A DNA stretch of 64,000 nucleotides from NCBI GenBank assembly GCA_973851085.1, contig OZ316775.1, forward strand, positions 16,492,001 through 16,556,000, in the 5' to 3' direction. Below the pieces are notes generated by a model. The model saw only the letters and a program-made list of their open reading frames with translations, had not been told where the DNA came from and did not search any database. Position numbers and translations under genes: made by a program. This DNA comes from Ptychomitrium polyphyllum (taxonomy: Eukaryota). Of the stretch, positions 60,944 through 64,000 are shown piece after piece; the first letter of the stretch is position 1; every line of letters begins with the position of its first letter.

Positions 60944-63766
60944 TGCGACGATTCTCCACCAACGAGAAGCTCCGAGCACACTTGAGTTGGAGGAAGAAGA
61001 TTGAATGGAACGCAGACAGGAGACAGAAGCCACATGCAGGCTCTTGTTCGAGAGCCGATGGCGCAGAGTGATCTGGATATGAGAGCGCTCCGCCAATGGC
61101 CTCCGCCGCGGCCCTTGTGCACCATCCACACGAGCCCCCTCGGCCCCTCTTTCGGATAAGGTGACGCCCTTTCGCATGCTGATTTGGCGGCACCTCACTG
61201 GCGGGAGCAGCACTTCTGCCAACGCAAGTCCTACATGGCACCCAACTTTTGAAGGGCATCAATCGGACGCTTCTTCTGCCTTCGAGAATAGTAGAAACTT
61301 AAACTTGTTTTTATGAAAAGTAATGAGAAAGGAAGAATTCTGGCGAAGTGTCTCTCTGTCCATTCGTTTGTATCCGTGTCCTCAAGAGTGTTGTCTCCTA
61401 GGAGACACAATTTCATATATAGCTTTGGTGTCCAATGTGGAAGCCAGTTTTGTGTATGAGTAACTAAAAATCTAATAAAATGTGCTGTATGTTATTTAGC
61501 TAAAAAGTTTGGAAGTAATATGAAAATTTAGGTGTTGACCAAAGTATCCATTTCCAGTTTTCCGTATTTCATTAAACCTCATATAAATGACTAAAAGCTG
61601 TTGTAAAGAGGCATGTAGCACAACAATCCCCCAACATAAAAATCTCCTATTACATTGGGTGGATTGCATGGCAGATCATTCTGTTTACATATGGCAAATT
61701 CAAGTTCTCCTTCTATTCTTAGCTTGGACACTAAATGTTCAAGGAACTGAAAAAAGGAAGGCTTTTCTCAAGAAATCAGGTCATAGTCGTGAAATCAACT
61801 AGTATCAGTTTCATCACAAAACTGGTTCTTTTCTGTGGTGTTCCATCAACACATGTTCACACTAAACCACACTCGAGTTCATGCAAAGCCCTTGCCAAAT
61901 CAACCGGAAGTGTGCAGTTGGCTCTGGTAACAATGCTGAAACAATAGCTAAGTTCTGCATCAAGGACTTAGGTAACAAGACATGCAACCAGTTTGGTGCA
62001 AGCCCATTCTCTTTGTGGTCTGTCACAGAATGTTGCCAGTTCGAAAGTCAAGTGCAAAGTTGGAGTGAAGTCCTCTGTACAGGACATCAGGTGACAGCAG
62101 TGGTCTCACAGAAGTGGAAAGGTAACTTTCTGCTGTGATTCTATCAAGTTAGCGCAGGAGAGAAATGTTGTGCAACACAGACATAGTTGGCTGCAAGTTC
62201 GACGGTGTGCCAGGTTCGTTTGCTTCTGCAATCATCGTAGTGATCTGTTCATCTGTTGCAAGCAGTTGATGATTAGCCTGCATGACTAAGGTAAGTTAAT
62301 GGTGTAAGTTACTCAAGTTAGATTGACAAGTTGCAAGTCAACGTTTGGTGCATGTGTGGAAGGGGCATGCAGGACAAACTAAACTCCAATGTGTCGCTCG
62401 GATGGAGCTAGCCATGGTGGTGTCAAGGTAACCATGGCTGCAACTCTGCTCCTCTAAACCACAACTGATGGCGATGGCTTTTCCCCTTTCCGTTGTGAGA
62501 ATAGCATCATTCAAGCACTCACACATCCTCTTGATGTTGAATTGTCTCTCCTTTTGCGAAAGCAATCCACCCTTGAATGGTTGGGTTTGAGTTGCGAAGC
62601 TTGCGTCGTTTAGGTCATGCACCAGGTGCACAGATGTTCAAAACTATATTGCAATGCGACAGCGCAACCATGATGTTGTTATCATCTGAAACGTGCTTCT
62701 CTGTGTTCAAGCAAAGTGTGGTGACCGCTTGATACTTGTCCTTGCTACGGTCATTGGCATGGGCTATATGTTTGATTCCTGCTGCTGACCTAATCCTAAA
62801 CCTTGAAATTCTTGTTAGGGTTCGATTTCACTACATGAACGCGTTGCAAGTTTGATTCATTTAAGATTTCTGAGATTCTATCATCCGCTTCCTGTGCTTT
62901 TAGGCAGGAAAGCTGATGACGGGGTGTGGGAATGCTCACTGCACTCAAGGGATTGAAATTTTCGCAACAGATTTGGAAGTGAGCCTGATGTATAGCCTTT
63001 CATGCCTGGTGCGGATCGGGGGTTTGCCCTCTCTGTTTTTGAACCCGACTCACTTATCATAACGCAAGGATTGTTGTATTTGGGAAAGAAACTTACAGTG
63101 CGGAGTTGTTCCGCGTTACGTGTATTGCAGTGACGCAGCCACGTTTCCTTGCTGGAATTAGGGTTTCAGTGCTTGTGCATGTAACTTCATAACCCTGCAG
63201 CGCGACGTTGCTCTATGGTTTCATGCTTGTGAAGTACGCTTCATTCACCATGCTTGACGACAACGAAGCTTGTGGTCATCTCCTACACGTAGGTGCCATT
63301 GTCAATTCGGCGGCTTCCTCAAAGCCTTCCAGCACACCTACTTTCGTTCTGGATACGCGCTTACTGGAAGAAGCATGGTTTCGGTTGGGAGGAAGGTCAG
63401 TTACACCGTTTTGGAAACCCCAATCGTCTTTTCCTCTTTTTCTGTCAAATTGTCCTAATATTGACAGAGCAGTCAAACGCAACCAGCCGGTCTCTGTAAT
63501 CGCGTGGATTGCAGCCTTGAAATGTAAAACTTCTTCAGGGGCAAGTTGCACAATAATATCATGAGGAAAGCAAGGTTAATCGGGGAGTAATCAAGGTTGG
63601 GGAATCAGCAAATATTTCATTGCGAGGGTTCGTTGTGCAATACGTCAGGTTTGGTCATTGCCAATGCTAAGCGAAGTGGAATGCCGACGATTTTTCGGTG
63701 CACGTTTTGGGCCACCAGAAAATTCCTGAAAGAGACTCGCCGAACATTGATCCAAACTCAAGAAAA

Positions 63767-64000
63767 ATGTGGCCATATGGAAGGGATCTGGTGCCTTATC
63801 CAGCTGCCTTCCCTCAGAATTTCAGAGTCCAAAATCCGGGAAGAAGCCCCGACATGCAGAACCAGCAGGAAATTATCTACACGACATCTGCGCCGTATCC
63901 GCCCTATGTGCCCTACTCGCAGCAAGCTTTTCCAGCACCTTACTTACAGCAAGCTCTCCCAGCCCCCTACTCGCAGCAAGCTTTTCCAGCACCTTACTTA
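63767..64000 (+). CDS. Partial ORF running off the window, with Pro/Gln/Tyr-rich 9-aa tandem repeats
   Basis: MWPYGRDLVPYPAAFPQNF...PYSQQAFPA PYLQQALPA PYSQQAFPA PYL. A 27-bp unit is arranged as an exact 54-bp repeat (63911-63964, 63965-end). Start codon uncertain; could be an internal exon. Confidence 0.5.
   Translation, partial: MWPYGRDLVPYPAAFPQNFRVQNPGRSPDMQNQQEIIYTTSAPYPPYVPYSQQAFPAPYLQQALPAPYSQQAFPAPYL

Noticed and set aside
61392..61407. 16-bp perfect palindrome tgtctcctaggagaca upstream of PsaK
   Set aside because: About one palindrome of this length is expected by chance in 64 kb; no supporting context.
61880..63560. Short ORFs between PsaK and the right edge (62338-62631, 63208-63564, 63276-63551)
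   Set aside because: No recognisable motifs and no coherent exon chain.

Overview
Eukaryotic, intron-rich plant genomic DNA, most consistent with a moss (Funariaceae/Physcomitrium-like; inferred from the ADK sequence, a flagellar gene next to land-plant genes, and an FO synthase). I traced ten apparently intact genes by hand. Minus strand: TM9SF/TMN, a fused CofG-CofH FO (deazaflavin) synthase, a 14-3-3, SSNA1/DIP13, a CASP-like protein, adenosine kinase, an intronless SERF/4F5 and PsaK. Plus strand: an NTF2/SnoaL-like (DUF2358-type) protein and a 10-exon, 515-aa type I membrane protein. The window also holds a decayed protein kinase pseudogene, a MITE-like inverted repeat, several tandem repeats and a truncated repeat-containing ORF at the right edge. 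The most unusual item is the 515-aa protein: signal peptide, Venus-flytrap (ANF-receptor/PBP type 1) domain, one TM helix and a 37-aa tail, with no ion channel, 7TM, kinase or cyclase. Next are the complete, probably plastid-targeted FO synthase and an AT-rich block holding the ciliary SSNA1 gene and an AT-biased 14-3-3. All family assignments come from motif recognition, not database searches.
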